NCBI GenBank assembly: GCA_018673915.1
Contig: JABHBK010000067.1
Coordinates: 123,292-187,291 of the forward strand
Source of the DNA: Nitrospina sp.
Lineage (GTDB): Bacteria > Nitrospinota > Nitrospinia > Nitrospinales > VA-1
Direction of reading: 5' to 3'
DNA length: 64,000 nucleotides
The stretch's first letter is position 1. Every line of letters starts with the position of its first letter. Position numbers and translations under genes: made by a program. Shown here in pieces: positions 45,409-54,617 of this stretch. The notes beneath the pieces are model-generated. The model was given only the letters and a program-made list of their open reading frames with translations, was not told the DNA's origin and did not search any database.

Positions 45409-47666
45409 AAATATTTGGTATAAATTTTAATCATTCCCCTGGTCCCAAAAATCAAATCACGATTGCGATTTGTGACTTTAAATTAAGTCAGGGATTATCT
45501 GTAACAAAAGTAGTGCCCTTAGATTCATTAAAAGAATTTGATGAATTTTTAAAACAAAAAGGTCCTTGGTTTGCTGGTGTGAACTTTCCCTTAGGACAAC
45601 CAAACCATTTTGTTAAGAAGATGAATCTGCCTGAAAAATGGAGCAGCTACACAAAAGATATTCATCGCTGGAAACTGGATGGGTTTGAAAACAAAGTAAA
45701 ACAGTTCAAAGCAAAATTACCTAAAGGTACCAAAGAACCTTTGCGTCTGACTGACACGATGGCGGGTGCAGAGAGCCCATTGAAATTAAATCATAATCAT
45801 TTGCCCCAGAAATATTTTGAAGGGATACATTGTCTTCTTAAATCTGGCGTATCGATTCTTCCTTGTAGCCCTAAGAATGATAAACGAGTGGTGTTTGAAA
45901 CTTTTCCTGACCTTGTGGCTCAACGCTTTGCTGTGCATAGTTTGGGAGCAAAGGTAAAAAATGTAGATGTCGAAAATCTTCATAAAGATGTTATTAAGGG
46001 ATTGGAAACTCCTGAGTTTGAGCAAGATTTTAGATTTAAAATATTTTTAGATGACAACCTAAAGCTGAAATGTGTTGAAGAATCCAACGGTGCTATTTTA
46101 AATGCCATCCTGATTTCCGCACAAGTGGCATGGGGTTATAATGAAGGAAAGCCTAATTTTGGAATGCCTGACATCCAACATCCTAGTATCCAGGCTGAAG
46201 GATGGATCATTGACCCGAGCCTGGTAAATGGATTAACAAAACCAAAAAATCGTTTAGGCAGTGAATTGGCAGAGTTCATTCAAAAGGGTGGAATGGACTC
46301 AAAAAGATCTTTCAATTTAATGGGTCACATCCAAAGGCTTTCCAATATTGGCCGCGCATTATCTGGGGAAAGGAATCTGGGTGCTTTATTGGAAACAATT
46401 GTAAATGAAGCCAGAAACCTAACGCTTGCGGATGGAGGTACCCTGTATATTCTTGATGATAATTCATTACATTTTAAAATAGTCCAAAATGAATCCTTAA
46501 ACATCAATATGGGTGGAGTCACAGGTGCTGAAATCACTTTCCCGCCAGTAGAAATTAAAGAATCCAATGTTTCTGCCTATGTGGCTATAAAAAATATTTC
46601 TGTAAATATCCCCGATGTATACAACTATAAACCGTTCGATTTTACGGGCCCCAAAAAGTTCGATGCAAAAACAGGTTATAGAACTAAATCCATGCTTGTG
46701 GTTCCATTAACAAATCATGAGGATAAAGTTATAGGTGTTCTGCAACTCTTAAATGCCAGAGATGTGAATGACCCTAAAAAAGTAATTCCTTTTTCTCCAG
46801 ACTTTGAAAGTTTGGTGGAATCCCTTGCATCTCAGGCTGCAGTTGCAGTGAGTAATAATTCATTAATAAATGAGTTAAAAACAGCTCACCAAACTCTAAT
46901 AGGAGCAAGAGATCGCGCCGAAGATGCCAATCGGGCCAAAAGTAATTTTCTCGCTAATATGAGTCATGAACTTCGTACTCCTATGAACGCTATTATAGGA
47001 TATAGCGAAATGCTCCTTGAAGATGCTGAGGAAGAAGGGTTGGATGAGTTCCAATCCGATCTGGATAAAATCCGCTCGTCCGGAAAGCACTTGCTTGGAC
47101 TAATTAACGAAATTCTGGATCTATCTAAAATCGAAGCCGGTAAAATGGAATTTTTTCTGGAAACCTTCGAGGTAGACAACTTAATTGAAGAAGTTAAGGC
47201 AACCATACACCCTCTGGCAGAAAAGAAATCAAATAAATTAGTTATAGATTGCCCCGATAATCCAGGCACTATGGAGGCTGACGAAACACGTGTAAGGCAG
47301 ATGCTCCATAATTTATTAAGTAATGCCTGCAAATTCACAGAAAATGGCACTGTCACTTTAAAAATCTCCCGTGAAATCCGTAAAGGAGTGAACTGGATCA
47401 TATTTGATATCATTGATACTGGAATGGGAATCCCGAAAGAATCTATTAAAAATTTATTTCATGAATTTTCCCAAGTCGATAATTCTTCTACCCGAAAATT
47501 TGGTGGAACGGGTTTAGGTCTCGCCATAAGCAGAAGGTTTTGCCTGTTAATGGGTGGTGATATAACTGTAAAGAGCGTTGAAGGCAAGGGATCAGTTTTT
47601 ACCATTGAAATGCCCGAGAAGGTTGTACTTGTATCCACTCGGCGCCGAAGAGCCAGCGACCGTTAA
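45405..47666 (+). CDS. cytoplasmic sensor histidine kinase: DUF429-like N-domain, GAF, HisKA, HATPase
   Basis: No TM segment. GAF region at about aa 320-490. H-box SHELRTPMNAI, N-box HNLLSNACKF, G1 DTGMGI and G2 GGTGLGLAI. ATGA overlap with the upstream hydrolase gene. Confidence 0.85.
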   Translation: MKIFGINFNHSPGPKNQITIAICDFKLSQGLSVTKVVPLDSLKEFDEFLKQKGPWFAGVNFPLGQPNHFVKKMNLPEKWSSYTKDIHRWKLDGFENKVKQFKAKLPKGTKEPLRLTDTMAGAESPLKLNHNHLPQKYFEGIHCLLKSGVSILPCSPKNDKRVVFETFPDLVAQRFAVHSLGAKVKNVDVENLHKDVIKGLETPEFEQDFRFKIFLDDNLKLKCVEESNGAILNAILISAQVAWGYNEGKPNFGMPDIQHPSIQAEGWIIDPSLVNGLTKPKNRLGSELAEFIQKGGMDSKRSFNLMGHIQRLSNIGRALSGERNLGALLETIVNEARNLTLADGGTLYILDDNSLHFKIVQNESLNINMGGVTGAEITFPPVEIKESNVSAYVAIKNISVNIPDVYNYKPFDFTGPKKFDAKTGYRTKSMLVVPLTNHEDKVIGVLQLLNARDVNDPKKVIPFSPDFESLVESLASQAAVAVSNNSLINELKTAHQTLIGARDRAEDANRAKSNFLANMSHELRTPMNAIIGYSEMLLEDAEEEGLDEFQSDLDKIRSSGKHLLGLINEILDLSKIEAGKMEFFLETFEVDNLIEEVKATIHPLAEKKSNKLVIDCPDNPGTMEADETRVRQMLHNLLSNACKFTENGTVTLKISREIRKGVNWIIFDIIDTGMGIPKESIKNLFHEFSQVDNSSTRKFGGTGLGLAISRRFCLLMGGDITVKSVEGKGSVFTIEMPEKVVLVSTRRRRASDR

Positions 47667-47750
47667 TACCCTATTCTCAATTCCTGCCCTATTACAATGT
47701 CAGTTTATTTTGATATTCCGACTTGTCCGTAAAAAAAGAGGAAGTGCTTC

Positions 47751-48500
47751 TTGAATTCCTATGATGATAGCCTGATAGATAGCTTTTCTAAACATGCAAA
47801 AACATACGATCGTTATGCACAGTTACAAAGGTCTATGGCAGAAAGGTTGGCTTCCCTTCTCCCCGATTCATTACCTTCAAATGTTCTGGAGATAGGGTGT
47901 GGAACAGGACTTTTTTCAAGACACCTGCTTACACAACCAATAAAGAAGCTCATTCTCAACGATATTTCTCCAGGGATGCTAGAAATATTAAACAATTCTC
48001 TTTCATTACCGGCGAACACAAAAATAGTACCAGGAAATGCAGAACGCCTATCTTTTGAAAATTTAGACCTGATTTGTGCCAATGCCGTATTTCAATGGTT
48101 CCAGGACCCTCAAGAAACACTGATAAAATTGAATCAAGCTTTAAGGATTAAGGGAGAGTTAATATTTAGCACCTTTGGTCCGAAAACTCTTATAGAGTTC
48201 CGGGAAGCGGCAAACTTGATGAGCCCTATAGAACTATATGATAGTGAAACTTGGTTGAGAATGATCAAAAATGCTGGTTTTATTATTAAAGGTTGTGATG
48301 TAGAAATCCGCAAGATATTCTTTTCCAGTACCATGACACTTTTAAAAAACCTTCAACAAATCGGCGCCGCCCCAATACGGATGTTAAAAACCGGAGGGCT
48401 CAGAAAATTAATGCGGGAATATGATTCCAGGTTCTCAACAACGCAGGGTGTTTATGCCACCTGGGAATTGTATTACTTCTCCATGGATCGTGAAAATTAA
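47751..48500 (+). CDS. bioC: malonyl-ACP O-methyltransferase
   Basis: F.K.A..YD..A.LQR start and the SAM motif VLEIGCGTGLFS. TTG start 8 nt after GAGGAAG. Confidence 0.8.
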   Translation: MNSYDDSLIDSFSKHAKTYDRYAQLQRSMAERLASLLPDSLPSNVLEIGCGTGLFSRHLLTQPIKKLILNDISPGMLEILNNSLSLPANTKIVPGNAERLSFENLDLICANAVFQWFQDPQETLIKLNQALRIKGELIFSTFGPKTLIEFREAANLMSPIELYDSETWLRMIKNAGFIIKGCDVEIRKIFFSSTMTLLKNLQQIGAAPIRMLKTGGLRKLMREYDSRFSTTQGVYATWELYYFSMDREN

Positions 48501-48576
48501 GCTAAATTCACCTATAAAGTTTATCTCTCTCTTCGCTAAAACTGTTTCATACGTTCCCCAAAAAGACACATGACAA

Positions 48577-50448
48577 ATGACTGATTCATTTTTAAGCAGA
48601 AACCTGGATTCCTTAAAGAAGGTGGATATAGCCTTGTTTAATAAAATTGTTTCTCTTAAAGGTTCTACTGAGTATGTAGTGACCCGTTCCAAATCGGGGC
48701 CTCCCACACTTTCCTATATGGATAGTCGAGGGAAAAAAAAGCAAATTCATAGTAATTATGATCCTGTCTTAGAAGCTACCCGTTATCTTAAAACTTTAAA
48801 TATTGAGGAATCTCTAAACTTTTTAGTTATTGGTTTGGGGTTGGGTTATCAGGTTTTTGAAATAATTAAAAGTGCTACGAGTCAAACAAAAATATATATT
48901 TTTGAAAAGGACCCAGAGTTATTCGCCCTTGCTCTTCGCGAAGTTGATTTTTCCATTATATTGGAGCACCCGGGAGTCAGGCTATTTGTTGATACGGACC
49001 CTCGTTTTCTAGATGGCTTGCTGGAATCAGAACAAACCAACTTCGCTCTCAATAATTACTGTGTTGTTAAGCAAAAATCTCTCGTGGACGAGAACTTAAA
49101 TTATTTTGATGTATTGTTAGAAGAAATAGAAAAATATTTTAATGAAGCAAAAATTAATTTAAAAACACAGTCCATTCATTCCAAACTCTATTATAAAAAT
49201 ATATTTTCCAACTTGAATGATTTCCTTCAAAGTCCGGGTATTAAGTCTTTAAGAAATTGTTTGCCTGATATTCCAGCAATAGTTTGTTCTGCCGGCCCTT
49301 CTCTTGATAAGAATATTCAACTTCTTAAAACAGCACGGAAAAGATTTTTCCTGATCTCTGTAGGCACAGCTCTAAAACCATTACTTTATAACGGAATCAA
49401 ACCTGACGTAGTAGTTTCAATTGACCCCGATGAACAAACAATTAATTCATTCGATTTCATAAATGATACTGATGATTTTTGGCTTTTATACAATTCAGCG
49501 GTTCCAAACGCCATTCCTAAAGAATTTCCCAAGCGCAGGCTGGCTTTTGATTTAGAAGTTTACCTTGCTGAATGGTTCAGAAAATACACAGACAAAAAAG
49601 GGGATTTGGGGAAAATATCTTCAGTCGCTCATTCTGCTGTCAAGTTTGCTCAATATTTAGGAAACTCCCCAGTTATTTTAGTGGGTCAAGATCTATCCTT
49701 TTTTAATCAACGCCAGCATTGCCTTCATTCTTTTTATCATGAAGAACATTTAGATAAGGTGAGCAGTTTGAATCCACTTTCATATTGGAACCAAATAAAA
49801 TATTCAAACTTTGGTCCAAATTTAACTAAAAATGTGGATCTGTTTGGAGAAATCACCACCAGCACCAAAGCTATGGAAAGTTACAACCATTTATTCTCTA
49901 AAATTTTGGATGACTCGCATCTTTTGATTAATGCTACCGAAGGTGGGATGTCCATAATAGGCACGCAAAACCTATCCTTAAGGGAGACTATATATACCCA
50001 TTGCAAAAAATTGATCCATGCGGAATTGAAACCTGATGAAAGTGAACAAGAGAACGAAGAAAAACCCTACAATTCTCTGCGGGATCCTATCTTGATGCAA
50101 ATTCAATTTCTGCAAAATATCTCTGAGGAACTGGAGATAATTAGAACTAATTATTTAATCCCAAATACTCAGGACTCTAAAAACAGGCAACCATTTATCG
50201 ATGAGATGGAAAAAATAAATGCAAAAATTCTGAAAAACAAAGAAACGGTTTTTTTACTTCAAGGATATGATTTTGAAGGCTTTTCTAACTGGTATCGCTC
50301 TAATAGCCAGATACAGAGAAAAAAGGAATTATCAAAAGGGATTAATCTATCAGATGAAGAATTTAAGCGGGATCGTGAATACTTTGAGGCTTTGGTAGAG
50401 TCCGTAGCATACCTGATTACTAATTTTAAAAATTCCACCTCCCATTGA
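48577..50448 (+). CDS. DUF115 / motility-accessory-factor (Maf)-like protein
   Basis: 623 aa. The central region, PAIVCSAGPSLDKN...ISVGTAL...PDVVVSIDP...LVGQDLSF, matches the MptE-like/DUF115 core found in Maf flagellin-glycosylation proteins. Confidence 0.65.
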   Translation: MTDSFLSRNLDSLKKVDIALFNKIVSLKGSTEYVVTRSKSGPPTLSYMDSRGKKKQIHSNYDPVLEATRYLKTLNIEESLNFLVIGLGLGYQVFEIIKSATSQTKIYIFEKDPELFALALREVDFSIILEHPGVRLFVDTDPRFLDGLLESEQTNFALNNYCVVKQKSLVDENLNYFDVLLEEIEKYFNEAKINLKTQSIHSKLYYKNIFSNLNDFLQSPGIKSLRNCLPDIPAIVCSAGPSLDKNIQLLKTARKRFFLISVGTALKPLLYNGIKPDVVVSIDPDEQTINSFDFINDTDDFWLLYNSAVPNAIPKEFPKRRLAFDLEVYLAEWFRKYTDKKGDLGKISSVAHSAVKFAQYLGNSPVILVGQDLSFFNQRQHCLHSFYHEEHLDKVSSLNPLSYWNQIKYSNFGPNLTKNVDLFGEITTSTKAMESYNHLFSKILDDSHLLINATEGGMSIIGTQNLSLRETIYTHCKKLIHAELKPDESEQENEEKPYNSLRDPILMQIQFLQNISEELEIIRTNYLIPNTQDSKNRQPFIDEMEKINAKILKNKETVFLLQGYDFEGFSNWYRSNSQIQRKKELSKGINLSDEEFKRDREYFEALVESVAYLITNFKNSTSH

Positions 50449-50454
50449 TTGGTA

Positions 50455-51459
50455 TTAAATTTTTACTGCTTCTATAATACTGCTCCCCTGGCTCAACTCG
50501 CTTCTCTTGAATTTTCCAAAACCAAAACTTTTCAAGAGATTTTCGGTTTCCTGAAAAGTGTAGGTTCTTCCTGTAGTTGTGAATAGCAACATTGTTAAAG
50601 AAAACATGGCCGCACCCGGTGGTTCTGTGCGATTATTTTTCAAAAATAAATCGACAAGAATGAGTCTCCCGCCCGGTTTGAGAGATTTAAAAATCTTTTT
50701 AAATATTTTTGAATTTTGAGATTTATTATAAATATGAAGAATGTTGGAATATAAAAGAGTGTCTACTTCTTCACCAAAATCAACTTTAAATATATCGCCT
50801 GCAACAAAACTAAATCTATTGAAAGTTTTTGAAGTTTTTAGGATTGTTTTTGCGACCTTAAGACTGGCGGGACGATCAATTAATATTGCTTTTGCTGATT
50901 TATCATATTTCAGGATCTCAGCAGAATAAGACCCCGGCCCTCCCCCTACGTCCACCAATCTTCCTACAGGTTTACGTGTAACAAACTTGGCCAAGGCTTT
51001 AGAATAAAATTTGCTTCTCTCATGCATTGCATAGGTAAAGGGTTCGCGAAATTCAGGGGCATCGGTCTCTTCCGATAGTGCTCTACCATTTTTCAAAACA
51101 TCAATCAAACCGGACCATTCGTCACGATTTTCTTTACGCAAAAATACTGTGCCCATTTTATATTCTGGGCTGTATTCACAAAAGTGTCTGAAACTTTCTG
51201 AAGTATTTGTGTAAATACGCCCATCACGCTTTAATGCTCCGAGGGAAACCAAAACATTGAGCAATATTTCTGCTCCTTCAGGGTGAATGCCGGCTTTTTT
51301 AGCCAAAGTCCGACTCGTCATGCCTCTTTTATTCAAGTGAGTAAATACTCGGAAATTTAAAGCGGCAATAAGGGTATTGGCTTCTTCTAACTGATCAATT
51401 TTGTTAAGAAATTGTTCATAACTTAAAGTGGCCATGTTGGTTGAATACCTCTCTATCAA
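50455..51459 (-). CDS. family-2 O-methyltransferase (winged-helix dimerisation domain plus SAM-dependent MTase)
   Basis: SAM motif LVDVGGGPGSYS and GGRLILVD. The N-terminal part resembles a dimerisation domain. Confidence 0.8.
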   Translation of the reverse strand: MIERYSTNMATLSYEQFLNKIDQLEEANTLIAALNFRVFTHLNKRGMTSRTLAKKAGIHPEGAEILLNVLVSLGALKRDGRIYTNTSESFRHFCEYSPEYKMGTVFLRKENRDEWSGLIDVLKNGRALSEETDAPEFREPFTYAMHERSKFYSKALAKFVTRKPVGRLVDVGGGPGSYSAEILKYDKSAKAILIDRPASLKVAKTILKTSKTFNRFSFVAGDIFKVDFGEEVDTLLYSNILHIYNKSQNSKIFKKIFKSLKPGGRLILVDLFLKNNRTEPPGAAMFSLTMLLFTTTGRTYTFQETENLLKSFGFGKFKRSELSQGSSIIEAVKI

Positions 51460-51515
51460 ATTATGCCAAATTATTCATAAATTAAATTAATACATTAAAA
51501 AACAATAATTTATGG

Positions 51516-51544
51516 TTGACAGGTTATGAGTTTTACTGTATTAA
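51516..51544 (+). promoter_or_regulatory. sigma70-type promoter candidate
   Basis: TTGACA (51516-51521), a 17-nt spacer, then TATTAA (51539-51544). Confidence 0.35.
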
Positions 51545-51589
51545 TATAACATCCAATTAATCAAGTAGTTAATGCATATGGAGGCAGAA

Positions 51590-51766
51590 ATGGGTGCTGA
51601 AATAGAGAGTAATCATGCAAACCAACAAGACTTAAGCTTGGCCCCTATTGATAAACAAGCTGAGGAGTTTGAAGATAAATTGCGGGAAGATAATATGTAT
51701 TTATACCGGCAATTCCGCATAAAAGATTTTATGGTACGAGAGCAAAATGCAGAGATTCAGCGATAG
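51590..51766 (+). CDS. hypothetical small acidic protein (58 aa)
   Basis: Track ORF 51572..51766. The ATG at 51590 follows GGAGG by 6 nt and is the more likely start. No known motif. Confidence 0.3.
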   Translation: MGAEIESNHANQQDLSLAPIDKQAEEFEDKLREDNMYLYRQFRIKDFMVREQNAEIQR

Positions 51767-51788
51767 AAAATAGAAAAGCCAAAGTGTA

Positions 51789-52460
51789 TTAACTTGATAA
51801 AAGCTTTTCTACTTCCTTCTCCAATCCATAGCCGGAACCGAACCACTTTCCCCGGAGTATTCCATTTTTATCAATCAATAGAATTGATGGAGTCCCTTTT
51901 AGTTGGTAGGCCTCAAAAGTTCTAGCCTCGAATTTTTTCTGTTTTAAATAAGACAACACCTGATCCGTAATGAGTTTCTGGTTTTTTACTGGAAACGAAT
52001 CAAACTGTGGAAAATCTTTTTCAATAAATTGTTTTGCCGCCGTTAAATAATCAGCAGGTTGATAAGAAACCACCTTATCCCAAGCCACAGGAAAAGGTAT
52101 GGAATAATCCAGACAGTTGTTATTAAGCATTCCTCTAGCACTTAAAGTTTCCAGGGTTTCTCCCACCACTTCCCCTGAATCAATGAGTAGTTTTAAGTTT
52201 TCTAAAGTATTCAGGTGGAAATCCTCAAATGCGGTAGCCAGCCCCCATGTTAAAAGGGGTGAATCTGAGAATTTGTTCCTGATTTCGAGAACCTCGGGAA
52301 TCCCATGGGTAAAACAACCGGGACAATTGACCTGAAATACTTTTATAAGTATTGGCTTTCCAAGCTCATTACTTATATTGGTGGAGGGTCCGCTCACCCA
52401 TTCTTCAATGTCTAAATCAATAGCTGGAGAATCAACCAGCGACATGGTTGGGCTCATCAT
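51789..52460 (-). CDS. thioredoxin-fold (TlpA/redoxin-like) protein
   Basis: CPGC active-site motif in the context KVFQVNCPGCFTHGIPE. Overlaps the upstream lipoprotein gene. Confidence 0.65.
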   Translation of the reverse strand: MMSPTMSLVDSPAIDLDIEEWVSGPSTNISNELGKPILIKVFQVNCPGCFTHGIPEVLEIRNKFSDSPLLTWGLATAFEDFHLNTLENLKLLIDSGEVVGETLETLSARGMLNNNCLDYSIPFPVAWDKVVSYQPADYLTAAKQFIEKDFPQFDSFPVKNQKLITDQVLSYLKQKKFEARTFEAYQLKGTPSILLIDKNGILRGKWFGSGYGLEKEVEKLLSS

Positions 52461-53259
52461 TAATAATGTTAATTAAGTGATGGATCATGTTCTGCATCTT
52501 TTGCGGTGGGTTTTTCTCAAGGGCTTCCTCAAGTAAAAAGATGGCGCGACTTTTTTCTCCCTGGAGGTTATGAATGACTCCCATCATGAAATACGAAATA
52601 AACCGTTTATCACCCTGGGCATAATTATCCAGTATTGTTTGAAAATGTTTTTTGGCTTTGGGATACTTCTTTAACCTGAAATATGCGGACCCCATACCAA
52701 ATTGAATATTGTCCTGTAAAAATAATGGGGGTTTTTGTTTAGTCAGATTGGAAAATAACTCCAGGCTTTTATTAAATTGACCGTTGCGAAATTTTTTCAT
52801 GGCTAAATTATAATTAGAGACCGAAAAAAACACCCGTGGCTTAACGGCCATCAGCTTCTTTAATCTTGCTTCCTCACTCAAAAAGCCTGCTTTGGCCCTT
52901 TCGATATCCTTTTCCATTCTGTTTTTTCGCTCACTCTCCGACTCGATCCTTTGGCTATATGTAGAGTCCATGCTTTGAATCGCTAGATCACTTTGACGCA
53001 TAGAGTCAAACATAGCGAGCTCCTGATTGGTCAGAGAGGCATGATTTACAAAAAGAACCTCAATCTCTGCGGTAAGATCATCAAGCCGTAATTGATTAGA
53101 CCTCCTCGCAGACAATGCGGTTTCATCCGGAGGCTGCCAGGAATGCATTTCTGCTGGATTTACCGACCAATGTGACCGGTCTGCAGGTAGGTACCCACCG
53201 CAAGCCCCCAATATGGAAGCCAAAAAGATAATGAAAATATTTTTCTCTGCACTTTTCAT
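52432..53259 (-). CDS. TPR-repeat lipoprotein
   Basis: Lipobox SILGAC, a coiled-coil middle section and C-terminal TPR-like repeats. Confidence 0.6.
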   Translation of the reverse strand: MKSAEKNIFIIFLASILGACGGYLPADRSHWSVNPAEMHSWQPPDETALSARRSNQLRLDDLTAEIEVLFVNHASLTNQELAMFDSMRQSDLAIQSMDSTYSQRIESESERKNRMEKDIERAKAGFLSEEARLKKLMAVKPRVFFSVSNYNLAMKKFRNGQFNKSLELFSNLTKQKPPLFLQDNIQFGMGSAYFRLKKYPKAKKHFQTILDNYAQGDKRFISYFMMGVIHNLQGEKSRAIFLLEEALEKNPPQKMQNMIHHLINIINDEPNHVAG

Positions 53260-53340
53260 CGCATGGCGTTATATAATGATTTATAATTTCTCCGTCTACA
53301 GTTTATCTAATTACCCCTTATTTTTCAACTTATTACAGAA

Positions 53341-54225
53341 ATGAAAAACTATTACTCCGTTTTAGGCCTCGATAAAGGCTCGTCTGATGACGAGATCAAA
53401 AAGGCATATCGCAAATTAGCAATGCAATACCATCCTGATCGAAATGAAGGAAATAAGAAAGCAGAAGACAGATTCAAAGAAATCAGTGAAGCTTATGCTG
53501 TTTTAAGCGACAAAAAAAAGCGAAGTCAATATGATCAGTTTGGTTCAGAAGGTTTTCACCAAAAGTTTTCCCGGGAAGATATTTTTCGTGACTTTGACAT
53601 CAATGAAATTCTGAGAGGATTTGGAGGCAACCCATTTCGGGGTCAAGAAGATCAATTTGGTGGATTTGGCAATCCATTCTCTCAAGGAAGACCTTCACAT
53701 CGTGAGGCCAAGATTCCTCCATTGAAAAAAGAACTTTCTATTTCTTTTGAAGAAGCCGCCTTAGGTTGTCAACGGACACTTTCGATTTCCAGAAATGATG
53801 TCCTAGAAGAAATAAATGTAAAAATACCACCCGGGATTTCCCACGGAAAAGTTCTTCGTTTAAAAGAAAAAGGTCAAATGTCTCTCAATTTAAACCGGCG
53901 TGGTGACCTTCATCTTCTTGTTAATGTATCTCCACACCCCCTATTTCGACGTGAAGGCCGAAATGTAGTTGTGGAAGCAAAAATAAAAGTAACCCAGGCA
54001 ATTTTGGGAGCATCGATAGAAGTTGAGACTTTGGACGGTATAAAATCCGTCAAGATTCCTGCCGGCACGCAAAATAATAGCAAACTAAAATTGAAAGGGG
54101 TCGGAATAAAATTTTCATCTGGTGTGCGAGGTGATCAATTGGTCCGAATAGTTATCATTACTCCCAAAGACTTAACCGAAGAACAAATTCAGCACATTCA
54201 GTTTTTGGCGGATACGGGTATTTGA
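53341..54225 (+). CDS. cbpA: J-domain co-chaperone, CbpA-type (no zinc finger)
   Basis: DYY..LG...[16 protein letters not shown]-domain with HPD. A G/F-rich linker and DnaJ C-terminal domains follow, without the CxxCxGxG repeats. Confidence 0.8.
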   Translation: MKNYYSVLGLDKGSSDDEIKKAYRKLAMQYHPDRNEGNKKAEDRFKEISEAYAVLSDKKKRSQYDQFGSEGFHQKFSREDIFRDFDINEILRGFGGNPFRGQEDQFGGFGNPFSQGRPSHREAKIPPLKKELSISFEEAALGCQRTLSISRNDVLEEINVKIPPGISHGKVLRLKEKGQMSLNLNRRGDLHLLVNVSPHPLFRREGRNVVVEAKIKVTQAILGASIEVETLDGIKSVKIPAGTQNNSKLKLKGVGIKFSSGVRGDQLVRIVIITPKDLTEEQIQHIQFLADTGI

Positions 54226-54306
54226 TAAACCTGAATATTCAGGATTTCTAAAAAAATCTGAATCCATTAAAAGATATTAAGCATCTTTTCTTAATATTGA
54301 TATTTT

Positions 54307-54615
54307 ATGGAGTCGCTTGTGGCACGTGTATATTTTAAAACAGATGATGTAACGCATGAAGTTGAAGATGGGACTCCTCTTATAGATTTTTGTGATGAAG
54401 TTGATGTCTCCTTATCTTTTGGTTGCACAGAAGGAACCTGTGGAGTTTGTGAGGTTACTGTAGTGGAGGGACGAGATAATGTATCCCGAATCACAGATGA
54501 GGAAAAAGATTACTTACTTCCTGAAGACCTGGAAGAAGGCATGCGCTTGGGCTGTCAGGTTAAAGTTCGTAAAGGTGAAGTTACATTAAGGTGGAAAAAA
54601 GTAAAAGCAAAGTAA
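54307..54615 (+). CDS. 2Fe-2S ferredoxin-like protein
   Basis: GCTEGTCGVCEV gives C-x4-C-x2-C, with a fourth Cys in LGCQV. Confidence 0.7.
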   Translation: MESLVARVYFKTDDVTHEVEDGTPLIDFCDEVDVSLSFGCTEGTCGVCEVTVVEGRDNVSRITDEEKDYLLPEDLEEGMRLGCQVKVRKGEVTLRWKKVKAK

Positions 54616-54617
54616 GC

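Noticed and set aside
46964-47413. ORF 46964..47413 (-, 149 aa)
   Set aside because: It is antisense to the HisKA/HATPase region of the kinase, and the sense frame carries the H, N and G boxes.
54225-54300. Palindrome CCTGAATATTCAGG and the overlapping alternative hairpins AAAAGAT/ATCTTTT and ATATTAAG/CTTAATAT between cbpA and the ferredoxin gene
   Set aside because: The stems are almost entirely A/T in an AT-rich spacer with no clear U-tract. Chance occurrence or a weak terminator cannot be distinguished by eye.
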